Positions 47,575 to 59,100 of a DNA stretch of 64,000 nucleotides are shown here, one piece after another. Source of the stretch: an uncultured Methanosarcinaceae archaeon (lineage in GTDB: Archaea > Halobacteriota > Methanosarcinia > Methanosarcinales > Methanosarcinaceae); assembly GCA_963833425.1 (NCBI GenBank), contig CAWHXP010000014.1, positions 50,454 through 114,453 on the forward strand, read 5' to 3'. Position 1 is the first letter of the stretch, and each line of letters begins with the position of its first letter. A program made the position numbers and the translations under genes. The notes under the pieces are model-generated. The model did no database searches. It saw nothing but the letters and a program-made list of their open reading frames with translations, and was not told where the DNA came from.

Positions 47575-49020
47575 ATGACAGCAAAAATCATTAAAGGAGA
47601 AAAGGTAATTAGGAAGCCAGAAGTCCTGTACGCAGAATATCCTCGTAAAGGAGGGACAGCTCTCACGGCTACTCACTACTGCCCTGGTTGTGGACATGGA
47701 ATTCTTCACAAGCTTATTGCTGAAGCAGTTGAAGACCTGGGAATTCAGGACAGAACGATCATGATCAGCCCAGTGGGATGTGCTGTTTTTGCCTATTATT
47801 ACTTTGATGTAGGCAATATCCAGGTTGCTCACGGCCGCGCCCCTGCAGTAGGTACAGGCGTTTCAAGAGCTGAAGAAAATGCTGTAGTGATCTGCTATCA
47901 AGGCGATGGTGATCTTGCATCCATCGGCCTGAACGAGACTCTTCAGGCAGCAAATAGAGGTGAGAAGCTTGCGGTCTTTTTCGTAAACAATACAGTTTAT
48001 GGGATGACCGGTGGACAGATGGCTCCGACAACACTCATTGGTGAAAAGACTATTACATCTCCAGAAGGGCGTGATCCAAATTTTGCAGGCTATCCTCTCC
48101 ATATATGCGAAATTTTGAACAACTTGAAGGCTCCAGTCTTTATTGAAAGAGTCTCCGTTTCTGATATATCCCATATCCGAAATGCCAGAAAAACCGTTCG
48201 TAAAGCTCTTGAAATCCAGAGTGAAGGCAAAGGATACGCTTTTGTAGAAGTCCTTGCCGCCTGCCCAACTAATCTAAAAATGAATGCAAAGCAGGCTATT
48301 AGCTTCATTAATGAGGAAATGGAAAAGGAATTCCCTATCAAGAACTTCAGGGATAATTCTGAAGAAGTAGAAATTCTTCATCGTGGAGTCAGTGACTTTA
48401 CAACGGCAGCCCTCGAGAACCTTTACGGCATTGAAACGAATATTAAAGAAAAACCCACCAGAAAAAAGTTTACCCCTATTCAAACCAAGATTGCTGGATT
48501 CGGAGGGCAGGGGGTTCTAAGCATGGGAATTATTTTGGCTCTGGCCGGGATGAAGGAAAACCTTAATGCCTCCTGGTTCCCTTCCTATGGTCCGGAACAG
48601 CGCGGGGGAACATCCAATTGTTCAGTTGTGATCTCTGGCCAGTCCATAGATTGTCCTATTGTCTATAATCCAGATATCCTGGTGGTCATGAACCGTCCCT
48701 CACTTGAAAAATTCGAAGGAGACGTCAGAAAAGGAGGCTATATCCTCTATGACTCATCCATTGGAGAAGCAGAAGTATCTGCAGATGTCAAAGCTATTGC
48801 CGTCCCTGCAGCTGAAAAAGCCAAAAATAAGGGCTCTGATAAAGCCGCCAACTCCTTTATGCTCGGAGTTCTTATGGGCCTTAACGCTACAGGCCTGGCA
48901 GAAGAATCCTTCAAGAAAGCTTTTGCCGAAAATTTTGCGGACAAATTCAAAGTCATGGAATTCAATCAGCAGGTTTTTGAAGCAGGCATTAAATGGACAA
49001 AAGAAAACGTTAAGATTTGA
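47575..49020 (+). CDS. vorA: 2-ketoisovalerate:ferredoxin oxidoreductase fused beta/gamma subunit
   Basis: [15 protein letters not shown] motif, YGMTGGQ, then AGFGGQG and SYGPEQRGG. Confidence 0.9.
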   Translation: MTAKIIKGEKVIRKPEVLYAEYPRKGGTALTATHYCPGCGHGILHKLIAEAVEDLGIQDRTIMISPVGCAVFAYYYFDVGNIQVAHGRAPAVGTGVSRAEENAVVICYQGDGDLASIGLNETLQAANRGEKLAVFFVNNTVYGMTGGQMAPTTLIGEKTITSPEGRDPNFAGYPLHICEILNNLKAPVFIERVSVSDISHIRNARKTVRKALEIQSEGKGYAFVEVLAACPTNLKMNAKQAISFINEEMEKEFPIKNFRDNSEEVEILHRGVSDFTTAALENLYGIETNIKEKPTRKKFTPIQTKIAGFGGQGVLSMGIILALAGMKENLNASWFPSYGPEQRGGTSNCSVVISGQSIDCPIVYNPDILVVMNRPSLEKFEGDVRKGGYILYDSSIGEAEVSADVKAIAVPAAEKAKNKGSDKAANSFMLGVLMGLNATGLAEESFKKAFAENFADKFKVMEFNQQVFEAGIKWTKENVKI

Positions 49021-50323
49021 GAAAGGAACTGGAATTCAAAGAAAAAGACCTAATCTTTATAACTGATAGGCTGAGGGAATATTTTTCCTCCCACCTGTCC
49101 TAGTTCAGTATTTCACTAAATGGACCGAGAATCAGGAAAATTTCACCAATTTTTCACAAGTTTTACAGAAAAATAATGTTGAATCCTAACTTTGATAGGT
49201 GAGTAGAAATAAATCTTTTTTGTGTAATTCTAGCCAATAAATACAGACATAAAGCAGAGAAAATTCCTACAGCTCCTAAGAGAAGATTCCAATAAATCTA
49301 TGATTCAAACTAACCAATTTATACAAGTTTATGCATATGAAAAAACTTGGGAGCCTATAAATTTTCAAGAATATATGCGTTAATATAGGATCTATTCTTA
49401 CTGTTCAATCCTTCTATGAGAAACTTAATTTTTGTGAGATTTTTAGTGAGCATGAATGGAAAGGAGCTGATATCAATAACTCATTGATGCTTAGTGAAAT
49501 ATAAGTTATTGGATAATTTTAGTAGCACAGAAACCGGCAAATGGTTAAATAAGATAAAAAAATTCTCGTCATCTAAAAACTTGAAAAATTTTATTGCCGA
49601 GTCATTGCAGAACTCTTGAAATATTAGGGAATAAAAAAAGAGGAGCCTCTCGAATATTCTAGCAGTTTGTTTTCTGTTTATTACCTTAGTTCGACAGTAC
49701 AAATTCCATTTGGAAGGATACGTAATCTTTTCACCAAAAATAGTTTGACAGCTTTCAAAAATTTAATCAAACGGATCTCGGATTTTTCAGTTTACAAACA
49801 TACAATTTAAAAATGAGCGATTTTTGAAGATTTTGTTCTATTTTAATATTTTCGCTATTTAATTTTGTTCACAGTATTACATTTTTTTTCGTAATCTCCT
49901 AATCCACCGAAGTGAACTACTCCTCCGAAGAACTCCTTCGCCTGTTATCAAATTTTGGATCCATCTGGAATTCTGAATTGTCGACGATTATCTACAAATT
50001 GTTGATAGCACGTCCACAATGCATTTTGTGATAGGAGAGGTAACATAATATTTATATATTTGCTGACATTTAAATCTTTGAAATAAATCAATCATCAATA
50101 GATTCTTCAATCTTTTGATGAGGTCGATAAAATATGAAGAGCATTCAACTTTTATTTTGTTCTTTCCTGCGGGGACAACAGCTACAGTAAACCTTTTGTT
50201 TTTGTCATTATTTACATGGGATGTACGAGTAAAAAGAGTTTGTCCACTTTTTAGCGTGTCGATATATTATTTATTTTTCACAAAATTAATCTCTTGTTCA
50301 GCAATGAGAATAATTGTGTGACC

Positions 50324-50412
50324 AGAGGATTTCGATAAACCTCTGATTTTCACGAGTTATATATATATTATTTATAAGCATAGGACGAATAATGGGTTTA
50401 TCGAAATTCTCT
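50324..50412. mobile_element. MITE copy abutting lipoprotein stop codon
   Basis: AGAGGATTTCGATAAACC...GGTTTATCGAAATTCTCT. Confidence 0.75.
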
Positions 50413-50988
50413 TCAGTATCCTGCTGCTTCTGCCAGCTGCCTGACTAGAGAGCAGTCGACAGTATTTCCGGAAACCACTGATACATAGTTCTCGTTGTTC
50501 CATATATAGGAGTACCTAGGGACAGATTTTCCTTCGTCTGTGAAATAATCTATGATTCTCACAGCAGGATGCCCATTAAGGGGATCTTCCACAAAACGGG
50601 AACCTTCCTTTAATGGAGTGAATGAAGACTTATACATCAGGATGAAATCATTTGCATCATCAGGATTTTCAAACTGGATTACATCTAAATAAAAATCAGA
50701 GTTATTAGAGCCTTTGTAGAGTTTTTCCGATCCTCTAAGAATTCCTGAAACATTTTCAGCTTTGTAATTATTTTTTATATCACCTGTAGAAAGCGAAAGA
50801 TTGCCGACGTATTTAAAGCCTGTAGGCAGATTTTTAATTGTATTCGTTCCATCTTCACCAAGAATCACTTTCGCTTTCGGATTATCCGAATTTGTCCTGT
50901 TAGCTGCCGGGGTATTACTACCTATACAACCTGATAATGTGATCATCAAAACTGTAAATACAGATATTAACGCTAAATTTTTCTTCAT
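50413..50988 (-). CDS. Putative lipoprotein
   Basis: Signal peptide with lipobox LSGC; downstream of S-layer gene. Confidence 0.8.
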   Translation of the reverse strand: MKKNLALISVFTVLMITLSGCIGSNTPAANRTNSDNPKAKVILGEDGTNTIKNLPTGFKYVGNLSLSTGDIKNNYKAENVSGILRGSEKLYKGSNNSDFYLDVIQFENPDDANDFILMYKSSFTPLKEGSRFVEDPLNGHPAVRIIDYFTDEGKSVPRYSYIWNNENYVSVVSGNTVDCSLVRQLAEAAGY

Positions 50989-51163
50989 AAAATATCACCT
51001 GATCTTGAAAATCCTAAAGAAACCAAACAGTATGATGAATCAGGATTTTAAAATTAAAAGAATCCATTGACTGAAGAAATCAGTAAATAAAAAGTTATAC
51101 GCAATAGTAAATAAAAAAAGATTAAAAAAGAGAAGGATTAAGAAAATCCTTCACTCAGAAAAC

Positions 51164-53155
51164 TTATTTGTTCCTCCTGACGAAGTAGACTACTGCAAGA
51201 AGTCCAGTAATTCCTAAGATAACTCCGAAACCAGGAGTCTTTTTCTCCTTCTCAGGTTGAGTAGTGTTGTTTGCAGCTGTTTCATTTGCAACAGGGGCGT
51301 TCTCTGTTGTTACTGTGGTCACGTTGGTTTGGTTAACAGAAGCATTGACACCAGGACCAGTGACTGTAGTGGTAACATTAGTAGTTGTAACAGTAGTTTT
51401 GTTACCTACGTTACCTAGGGTCTGCTCAACGAATGGGTAATACCTGAGCATATCGGAGTCAGCGATCCTAAAGGACATTCCCTGGCCGATTTCCTTCTTG
51501 GAATCTCTCGCTAGAGTGAAAGTATCCTTGTTTTGAATATTAAGGGTGGGGCCGTTGACAGAAACTACATTGAGTTTGCCGAATTCATCGCTAGTTGAGA
51601 TTTTCTTGGCGTTTGCATAGTCAATGAACCATAAACCTTCCATCTGGACAATAGTTTCAGTTGTTCCCTGGAATACCTGGTTTATATGGACTTTCAGGAC
51701 AGGAACATCATCTTGTCCTAAGACGGAAAGTTTGCACGTCCAAGTCCTGTCGCCATTATCGAGTGGCACTATCTGATCAGCTACATGTTGCCCATCTTTG
51801 TCTAGTTCGATCCAGACTTTACTACCTTCAACATTTACCTGCTTTACTTGGAGACTGTAATTCATCCCGAGGTCTTTACTTTCACCGATCTTAACAGTGA
51901 ACCTATCTCTTGTGTCCACTACGAGCTTAGCAAGCTTGCTAGAGTCGTTTGGATTAAGCGCGATGTATTTTTCTCCAAAGAAGCCGAGAACAGGATATGT
52001 CCCCCAGTTATTGTACTGATAGGCTACATTCTTGACGGTAGTGCTGTATGTTAGACCTTTTTCAGGAATAACTCTCCCGCTAATGCCAGAAACGCTAAGG
52101 GATTCTGTTGCGATATTCTCATTTAGGTCGTAATAGAAAAAGCCTGCAAAGTTGGATGCATTCCAAGAGAAGTCCTGAGGGCCAGAAACAACCTGTCCTC
52201 TAATCTCATAGGTTCCAGGATCCGTAATCTGCTTAAAGGCGTAGAACCTGAGCACATTGGATGGTGTGTCAGCAATCCTAAAGTACAATCCCTCACCAAT
52301 TTCCTGCTTGGAGTCCCTGGTCATAACAAAAGGATCTTTGTTGGATATGAAGATAGTGGGACCGTTGATGGAAACATCATTTAATTTGCCGAATTCGTCT
52401 GTAGTTGAGATCTTCTTGGCGTTTGCATAGTCAATGAGCCATAATCCTTCCATCTGGACAATAGTATCAGTTGTCCCCTGGAATACCTGATTGATGTGGA
52501 CTCTCATGACAGGAACATCATCTTGTCCTAAGACGGAAAGTTTGCACGTCCAAGTCTTGTCGCCAACATTGAGTGGGACTATCTGATCAGCTACATGTTG
52601 CCCATCTTTATCTAATTCGAGCCAGACTTTACTACCTTCAATATTTACCTGCTTTGCTTGGAGACTGTAATTCATCCCGAGGTCTTTACTTTCGCCGATC
52701 TTAACAGTGAACTTATCTTTTGTGTCCACAACGAGCTTGGAAAGCCTGCTTGCATCTGTAGATTTCAGCGGGACGAACTTCTCTGCGAAGAAACCAAGGA
52801 CACTGTAATTGCCCCAGTCAGCATAAGCAAAGTTAGTCGGCTGGATTGTTGTCTGATAAACTAAACCGTGCTCTCCGATGACGTTGCCAGAATTACCTGG
52901 AACATTTTTGATGGAAAGAGATTCAGTTGTCACGTTGTTAGTAAGGTCATAGTAGAATGCTGCAAATGTACTAGCATCCATTGTAATGGCACCGGCATCA
53001 TCTTGCGCGGAGATAATGTCGTTGATACTAGAACCGTTATATACTGGACCGCGAATCTCAATGCTATCGTTTGCTGCTGGAACTGCACTCGCGGCGGATG
53101 CAAATACAGTTAGAAGCATGAGAACAGCCAGTGTTAATGCTGCAAATCTCTTCAT
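51164..53155 (-). CDS. Major S-layer protein (two DUF1608-type repeats, PGF-CTERM anchor)
   Basis: MKRFAALTL signal after GGAGG RBS; two EIRG..FAxF(F)YYDL repeats; Thr-rich linker; TPGFG + TM + RR. Confidence 0.93.
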   Translation of the reverse strand: MKRFAALTLAVLMLLTVFASAASAVPAANDSIEIRGPVYNGSSINDIISAQDDAGAITMDASTFAAFYYDLTNNVTTESLSIKNVPGNSGNVIGEHGLVYQTTIQPTNFAYADWGNYSVLGFFAEKFVPLKSTDASRLSKLVVDTKDKFTVKIGESKDLGMNYSLQAKQVNIEGSKVWLELDKDGQHVADQIVPLNVGDKTWTCKLSVLGQDDVPVMRVHINQVFQGTTDTIVQMEGLWLIDYANAKKISTTDEFGKLNDVSINGPTIFISNKDPFVMTRDSKQEIGEGLYFRIADTPSNVLRFYAFKQITDPGTYEIRGQVVSGPQDFSWNASNFAGFFYYDLNENIATESLSVSGISGRVIPEKGLTYSTTVKNVAYQYNNWGTYPVLGFFGEKYIALNPNDSSKLAKLVVDTRDRFTVKIGESKDLGMNYSLQVKQVNVEGSKVWIELDKDGQHVADQIVPLDNGDRTWTCKLSVLGQDDVPVLKVHINQVFQGTTETIVQMEGLWFIDYANAKKISTSDEFGKLNVVSVNGPTLNIQNKDTFTLARDSKKEIGQGMSFRIADSDMLRYYPFVEQTLGNVGNKTTVTTTNVTTTVTGPGVNASVNQTNVTTVTTENAPVANETAANNTTQPEKEKKTPGFGVILGITGLLAVVYFVRRNK

Positions 53156-53649
53156 TTTATTGTTTCCTCCATGTTTGCTAAGATATTTTGTATGCAAGAA
53201 AAAGTGTCGGGATCAACACTTTTGGGGTTTCACCATTCTTCATCAAATAAGACTCATAAATTTCGTCTATTGTCGAAAAGAATTTCATTCCCTCTTTTAT
53301 CCTTCTGAATTGGATTACAAGTGTAATAAAATAATTGCCTTATTAAATCTTTTGTGGTCTATTTCAGGGAATTTGAACAGGAAAAGCGCAAAACAACGAT
53401 ACAAATAACGGTAAATGTCGAAAGAACTCAAGCAGAATATTTTTTAGAAGTTAACATCAACGATAAAAGTCTAAATACATATCGAATACTATGGAAAAAA
53501 GAAGCTATATTTAAAAGAGTTTAAACTAAATAATTTAAGACACTACTAATTTAAGAAATATAAAAAGTAAGGCTGCTAATTACTGCATTTCAAAAATTTG
53601 GTAAGCCCAAAACTACCACATTCTTAGCAAAATTTCAGTTGATTTCTAT

Positions 53650-53739
53650 AGAGGATTTTAAAAACTTCTAAATTTCGTCATGTGCTTATAAATTTTATAA
53701 ATATTATTCTTGAAAACTAGATGTTTATCGAAATCAACT
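53650..53739. mobile_element. MITE copy (reverse orientation)
   Basis: AGAGGATTTTAAAAAC...GTTTATCGAAATC. Confidence 0.65.
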
Positions 53740-55199
53740 ATAGATTATTCTTCTAACTTTCATTTGAATCCTATCTGATAGTAACACTGAAAAGTATGCT
53801 TTTTGGGTGTTAAAGAGAGAAAATATGTTCGCGGGATATCTTGGCAGTGTCGCAAATATGATGGAAATATAAGTCAAGCATTTATTATACTGCGTGTAAT
53901 TTTGTTCTCCATATTTAAATTTTTCACCAATAACTTATTGAGAGTTATGATTTTACAGAAAAATATGCATTCTGCTAACACTACCCTAAATCAATGGTTT
54001 TTCAATAGAAAATTTGCACTGATCTTGAACAATTAAGTAGTTAACATTTTTTACAATTAAGTTTCCATTGTAATGATTGTTTACGTTTTAATGCATTTAA
54101 GCAGGTCTGCTCTAGCTAAACTTGCTTGAGCACGAAAGAAAAAAATCGAAAACAGTACTAGGTAACTTTTGAAAAATAGCATTAAGAATAAAGCTTAAAG
54201 AGCGAAAAATAATCTGGTCTTAAATTGTTAAAAATAATGAACACAAGACTCTTTCTACATTTCTCCAAAATTGGAGTATACGCGTTTTTCAGATTTAATC
54301 ACTGATAAGTCCTAATTTTTAAAAAACAGGAAAAAATTGCGTTGTATTCGGTAAACAATTTAGAAATTTATTGCGAGTACTTCTATCATTTTTATAATAT
54401 AAGTCCAAAATGATGTGTTCTTCTTTTTTGTATAAAATATCTATGAAATATTAGAAATTGACGATATAAAATATTAAATATAATAGGCATACTATGAAAA
54501 TGTGTAGTACAAATCATAAAGTAGTATTGATAGATTAGCAACAACAAAAAATCCAAACCAATATGAATCTGATACTAGAAAATAAACTACTCACTCTTGT
54601 TGCTTCATAGCTAAGAAGTTACTTTTTAGATTTTCTTTTCTTGGAAGATGTCTTAAACTCGTTCCCGCATTTCATAAGTGTTAAGTTTTTAGTAACCTGT
54701 GATATTTAAGCGAAAACGTCTCAATTCTTATAACGCATTTATGCCCTTATAATGTCTCTTCTTACAGCCAGTAGAGAAAAAAAATCTAGATACTTCAGCA
54801 TTAGAAAAATTATGTATTCTTCGAATGTTACACGCTCTATAGGAAGATGTCTCTAACTGCCATCCCAATAAGTTTGTATCTAAAAGTCCTGCTTTACACT
54901 TTAAGTTTGTTACAAAATTTTTCTATACGAAATTTTTGATGGCTTGAGCCAAATAATGTTCTTTCTGGCTATCTTTAACTTTTAGATTTTCCCGATCTAC
55001 ATCTTGATCAGCTAATGTTTCGACAATTAAATTATTTTCATAATAATTTCAAACCTCGAACCCATAGGATCATCACAAGAAGTTTTTTAATACATAATCC
55101 ACCCTTCCACAGATCTCGCTGCAAAAATGGTATTTTTCAAAATTTATTCTCATAATATTTATTTTTTTAATTAAATTCAAGTTTGCAATTCCAATTACC

Positions 55200-55810
55200 A
55201 CCCTTGAGTCAACATCCATTTTTACTTATGTAAACCCCTTAATCAGAATTAAAACCCATTTAAATACTGGTTTTTGAGTTTGTTTCTTAATTTTGCCTAG
55301 TATTGTTTTCCTATTTTTTTCAGCCCTTTTCAGCTTTCTTTCTGCAACAAATCAAAGATCTGGAAGATTTTGTCCTTTATTAAATTTGAACTACTTTTAC
55401 ACATTACTCTGGTTTTTGTAGCGCTCTATCATCGTTTACAGCTCCAAGATTAAGGTCATTGCCTGAGAGTAGAAAAACTTCAATCATGCTTTTTTAATTC
55501 AATGCAATTTTTTAATTCCTGACTGCTTTTGAGTTTACAACATGTAAAAGAGAAGGTTTTCAGATTTCTTTGGCCCTCTTATTTTTTTTCGACTTTTGAT
55601 ATTTTTAAAATATCCAAGCTTTCCAACAAACCGTAATCTTGTCATTTCCTCGGCTTTTTGCTACTTTTTTGGCGTCCTCTTCATAAGCAAACTTCTTCTT
55701 CATCAGTTTTTGAGATCTTTCAGGGATTGAGTAATTATTCTCTGGAGCTTCTTTCCAAAATTAATGCCCTTTTTTCTATATCGCAGTAAAGCGAACGACT
55801 AGGCACCATG
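55200..55810 (-). pseudogene. IS1634-family transposase C-terminal remnant
   Basis: KLMKKKFAYEEDAKK, ERYKNQSNV, AERKLKR, KKQTQKPVFKWV fragments. Confidence 0.6.
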
Positions 55811-56229
55811 AATCTTGTCAAGGGTTCGCCCTAATACATCACTATTAAGGTAAAATATACTGATTAAGACAAAAAAATTATTTCAATTAAAATGCTTCCA
55901 AATTACTGAAAGTATATATAAAGGCAACTGTCGAGTAGACAAGGTGATTGAGATACATTACTTTTATTAAATAGAATGAGTTAACTTGTGCTGCCCAAGT
56001 TTTGGAATACCTCATCAATCATTTTTCCAATTTCAAGTTCGCAATAAATGCCAGAACAATTCTTTGATGATCACGGAAAGCGTTACAACAAAATAAGAAA
56101 ATCTGAATAAAGGTTTCATATTTTAGATATTTACTTATTTATAGGAAGTGAATAAAATTGATAGGTACCTGTGGAAGATAGATACCGTAATATGTGAGAA
56201 TTAAACAGATATAGTAAAAATTCACAGTT

Positions 56230-56320
56230 AGAGAATTTCATTAAACATCTAATTTCCAAGAATAATTTATGTACCTTTCATGAGCATACGACAAAATTTA
56301 GATGTTTATCAAAATGTTCC
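56230..56320. mobile_element. MITE copy (degenerate)
   Basis: AGAGAATTTCATTAAAC...GTTTATCAAAAT; internal GAGCATACGACAAAATTTAGA. Confidence 0.6.
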
Positions 56321-56560
56321 TTATTTAGATAGACAAACTGATTTTGTATGGCACAGTCCAGTATTGATATATGAAGTAATTTGAAATATAAATTAGTTAG
56401 TTAACAATGATTTTTGGGGAAATTTACATCCTACAGGAGCTGGGGTATTCGACTGAAATAAAATCAACCAATCAAAATTTACTCATTTAATCTTATTCAA
56501 ATGTAGTTATTGAGATTGATATTTGTATTATTTTGTCCAAGCTGAATGGTTTTATATTTT

Positions 56561-57088
56561 TCAGTTTTCTTCACCTTTTTCTTTCAGGTAATAAACCCAG
56601 TCACCATGCTCTATTATTCCTGTTTCAGGTTTTTTATCACAAACGTAAATGATGCCTCTGATCTTTTTCTCCCCTATTTCAAGATCTAAGTATTCCCTGT
56701 GGTACCCCCCGAAAAGTTCCATATAATCGATGGATTTTGCTACTTCAAGCTGCTTTTTTCCAGAAAACCTACGCACTTCGGCGATCACAGAAAACCCTTC
56801 TAAAGGGTATATTCCTGGGTATGGACCCAGAGAGTAAAGGGCATATCCTCTTACTTTTGTCGTACCAATAAATTCAGACATGTTTTGCAAGGAGAAACGC
56901 CTGCTATTGTAGAGATCGACCCTGAGGCTACCATAGAATACCATGATTATATCCTCGTCTCCCATCCTATGGTAAGATCGCTTCCAACAGATATTCCTGT
57001 GAAAAACACCCCCATAAAGAGTACTGCCCTTTATTTCGCTGTTTAGTGCTTCATACTTGCTTAGGATATTCTCGAAATTTTTTCCCAT
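56561..57088 (-). CDS. Gamma-glutamylcyclotransferase (AIG2-like) family protein
   Basis: FYGSLR, LYSLGPYPG, IEHGDW. Confidence 0.85.
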   Translation of the reverse strand: MGKNFENILSKYEALNSEIKGSTLYGGVFHRNICWKRSYHRMGDEDIIMVFYGSLRVDLYNSRRFSLQNMSEFIGTTKVRGYALYSLGPYPGIYPLEGFSVIAEVRRFSGKKQLEVAKSIDYMELFGGYHREYLDLEIGEKKIRGIIYVCDKKPETGIIEHGDWVYYLKEKGEEN

Positions 57089-57233
57089 GAATATTCTCTT
57101 GAAATAATTTATCTCTTGAAAGCCATACTTCTTAAAAATAATTTTTTATGCTATTTCTTCAAAATTGTAATCCTTCTAGCTAAATGCAACTTGTAAGATA
57201 TATAAAAAAAACCTATAGTACCCACAGTAAAAG

Positions 57234-58307
57234 TTAGCACTTCGAAAAACCACGAGCGACTAAGCGCTGAGTAAGATCAAGATTTGCTAGCAGGAAGAGA
57301 TCCTCTTTGCTATACGCTACTTTTTTATTGCCTAAGAGCTCAAGTACACTTGTAACGCCTGGTTTTACTTCTTGTACCTCTTGTCCGTCAACTAATATTT
57401 TTTTTACGCGTACAGGTTCGGATTGAAGACCAACAAAGAGATGAAGAACACTTGAAATTTCAACTTTTCTGGTAAATTTTGAGAGTGTGCATTCAAGGAC
57501 GTAATCAGTACTTACAATTTCTTTGTCTGATATAATAAATCCTCTTTCGATGTCTTTGGCCTGCACGTTCTTAAGGCGCATCCCAACCCTGGTACCTGTC
57601 GGAGCACTCTCAATATCTACATCGTGGCTTTGAATGGAACGGATTTCAATGTCTCTGTTCAGAGGGAAAATCTTAGTTTTGTCTTTATCTTTTGAAATTC
57701 CCTGTTTGACAATGCCGAGGACAACGCAGCCTTTTCCCGTAACATTGAAAGCATGATCTATAAATATCCTTGTGGGTAGTTTGTTCAACTTAGCCTGTTC
57801 AGCTTCTATTTTTTCTGCAATCAAGTTGATTCTGGATCTGAGATCTTCAACACCTTCAAAAGGTTTTTTTGCACTTTTATTAGTATTTATGGAAATGCAT
57901 TTCCAATCCTGGAGAATAGTTCCTTCAGTCATTACTTTTATTTTTTTATTAAGCTCATCAATTGCATGCATATGTGTACTGTCAGACTTTGTTAGGACAA
58001 TTATCCCATGCTTAAAGCCAAGCAGATCCAAGGCAACAATACATTCTCCAGTGTGAACACTCACAGGATTATCTCGTTCCAAGCCATCAGGAGGGATGCA
58101 GAGAATCGTGATTTCGGAAATATTCAGTGCCGCAACAAGTGATTTCAAGGATTTAGGATAGCCTTGGGGTTCCACAAAAACCATTTTTCGGCTCTCTTCA
58201 TCATTATTGTACATCGTTATATCGGAAGATGTCCCTTTTTTCCCAAGGTTTGCAGCAAGGGATGTTCTTCCGCTTTTTTCTGCCCCGATGATTGCAAGAT
58301 TTGTCAT
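57234..58307 (-). CDS. SelB/EF-Tu-like translation factor (aSelBL type)
   Basis: GAEKSGRTS P-loop, TKSD, IDHAFNVTGKGCVVLG, IRSIQSHD, GTRVG; no SECIS-binding domain IV. Confidence 0.88.
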   Translation of the reverse strand: MTNLAIIGAEKSGRTSLAANLGKKGTSSDITMYNNDEESRKMVFVEPQGYPKSLKSLVAALNISEITILCIPPDGLERDNPVSVHTGECIVALDLLGFKHGIIVLTKSDSTHMHAIDELNKKIKVMTEGTILQDWKCISINTNKSAKKPFEGVEDLRSRINLIAEKIEAEQAKLNKLPTRIFIDHAFNVTGKGCVVLGIVKQGISKDKDKTKIFPLNRDIEIRSIQSHDVDIESAPTGTRVGMRLKNVQAKDIERGFIISDKEIVSTDYVLECTLSKFTRKVEISSVLHLFVGLQSEPVRVKKILVDGQEVQEVKPGVTSVLELLGNKKVAYSKEDLFLLANLDLTQRLVARGFSKC

Positions 58308-59100
58308 AGTGGTCCCTTATATATATAGTATTTATCTTGATATTGTCGAATTAACTCATTTTTGCATGTGTCAAAACCCATTTTCACTCAAATTGAAGAC
58401 CATTTTGTGAATTTTTACCTTTCCATTTTAGTTCTTATATTTTCGTCTTAATTATAAACTATCATTGATCCAAACGTAGTATTTTTTTTGCTAGAAAATA
58501 GAACACATGCCAGTAACCATAGCACAAATTTAGGTTTCTAATCAGAAAATAATTATGAATAGCTCAATCTGCTTACTCTTTCCTCTATTCCGAACTCATC
58601 ATTTTGATTTAAAATTTTAGCAATTCCCCAAGCATAAACACTCTTCAAAGGATCATTGATACTTGAGTATCCATACGAGAACAAGAAGTGAAATCTTATA
58701 AATCTTGTCGAATTTTATATTGTACTACAGTAAAACAAGATCAAAAGCATTACAAATACCACATGATAGTGTCGTGAAATTTAATTTCTCACCATGTAGT
58801 ATGCCATTCTCAAGTTTCCTCTTACATCCGGAATGATCTCTAAATCCATATCTTGAGCTCTGTATTTTTGCAAGTTTACTGATGAAGTATCCTCAAAAAC
58901 ATTGCATGTTGAGTATTTAATTATTTCATTTGATTCCTAGTCTTTGCTGATGAGAAACCATAATGGCTTCTCAAAAAGCAAGTCATGCTGAAATCTCCAA
59001 AGTTTTATAGCTTTAAAATCGACTTTTTGTACTATTAATTTCAAGAAAATTCAATACTTAAAACTTTTCCTATTTGGGATTATGTGTAGTTCTCGAGGGT

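Noticed and set aside
54640..55100. Possible ISH3/IS4-like transposase remnant (GWQLETSSYR)
   Set aside because: Single weak motif; frame cannot be followed
3883..56320. 90-bp repeats as CRISPR or guide-RNA array units
   Set aside because: Dispersed, both orientations, TIRs equal to IS5 ends, no repeat-spacer periodicity and no cas genes
57234..58307. Selenocysteine incorporation system
   Set aside because: No domain IV, no sel genes, and FwdB here has Cys with no in-frame TGA
58620..58910. Possible IS701-like remnant on minus strand (YMVRN*ISRHYHVVF)
   Set aside because: Too short and degraded to support without a search
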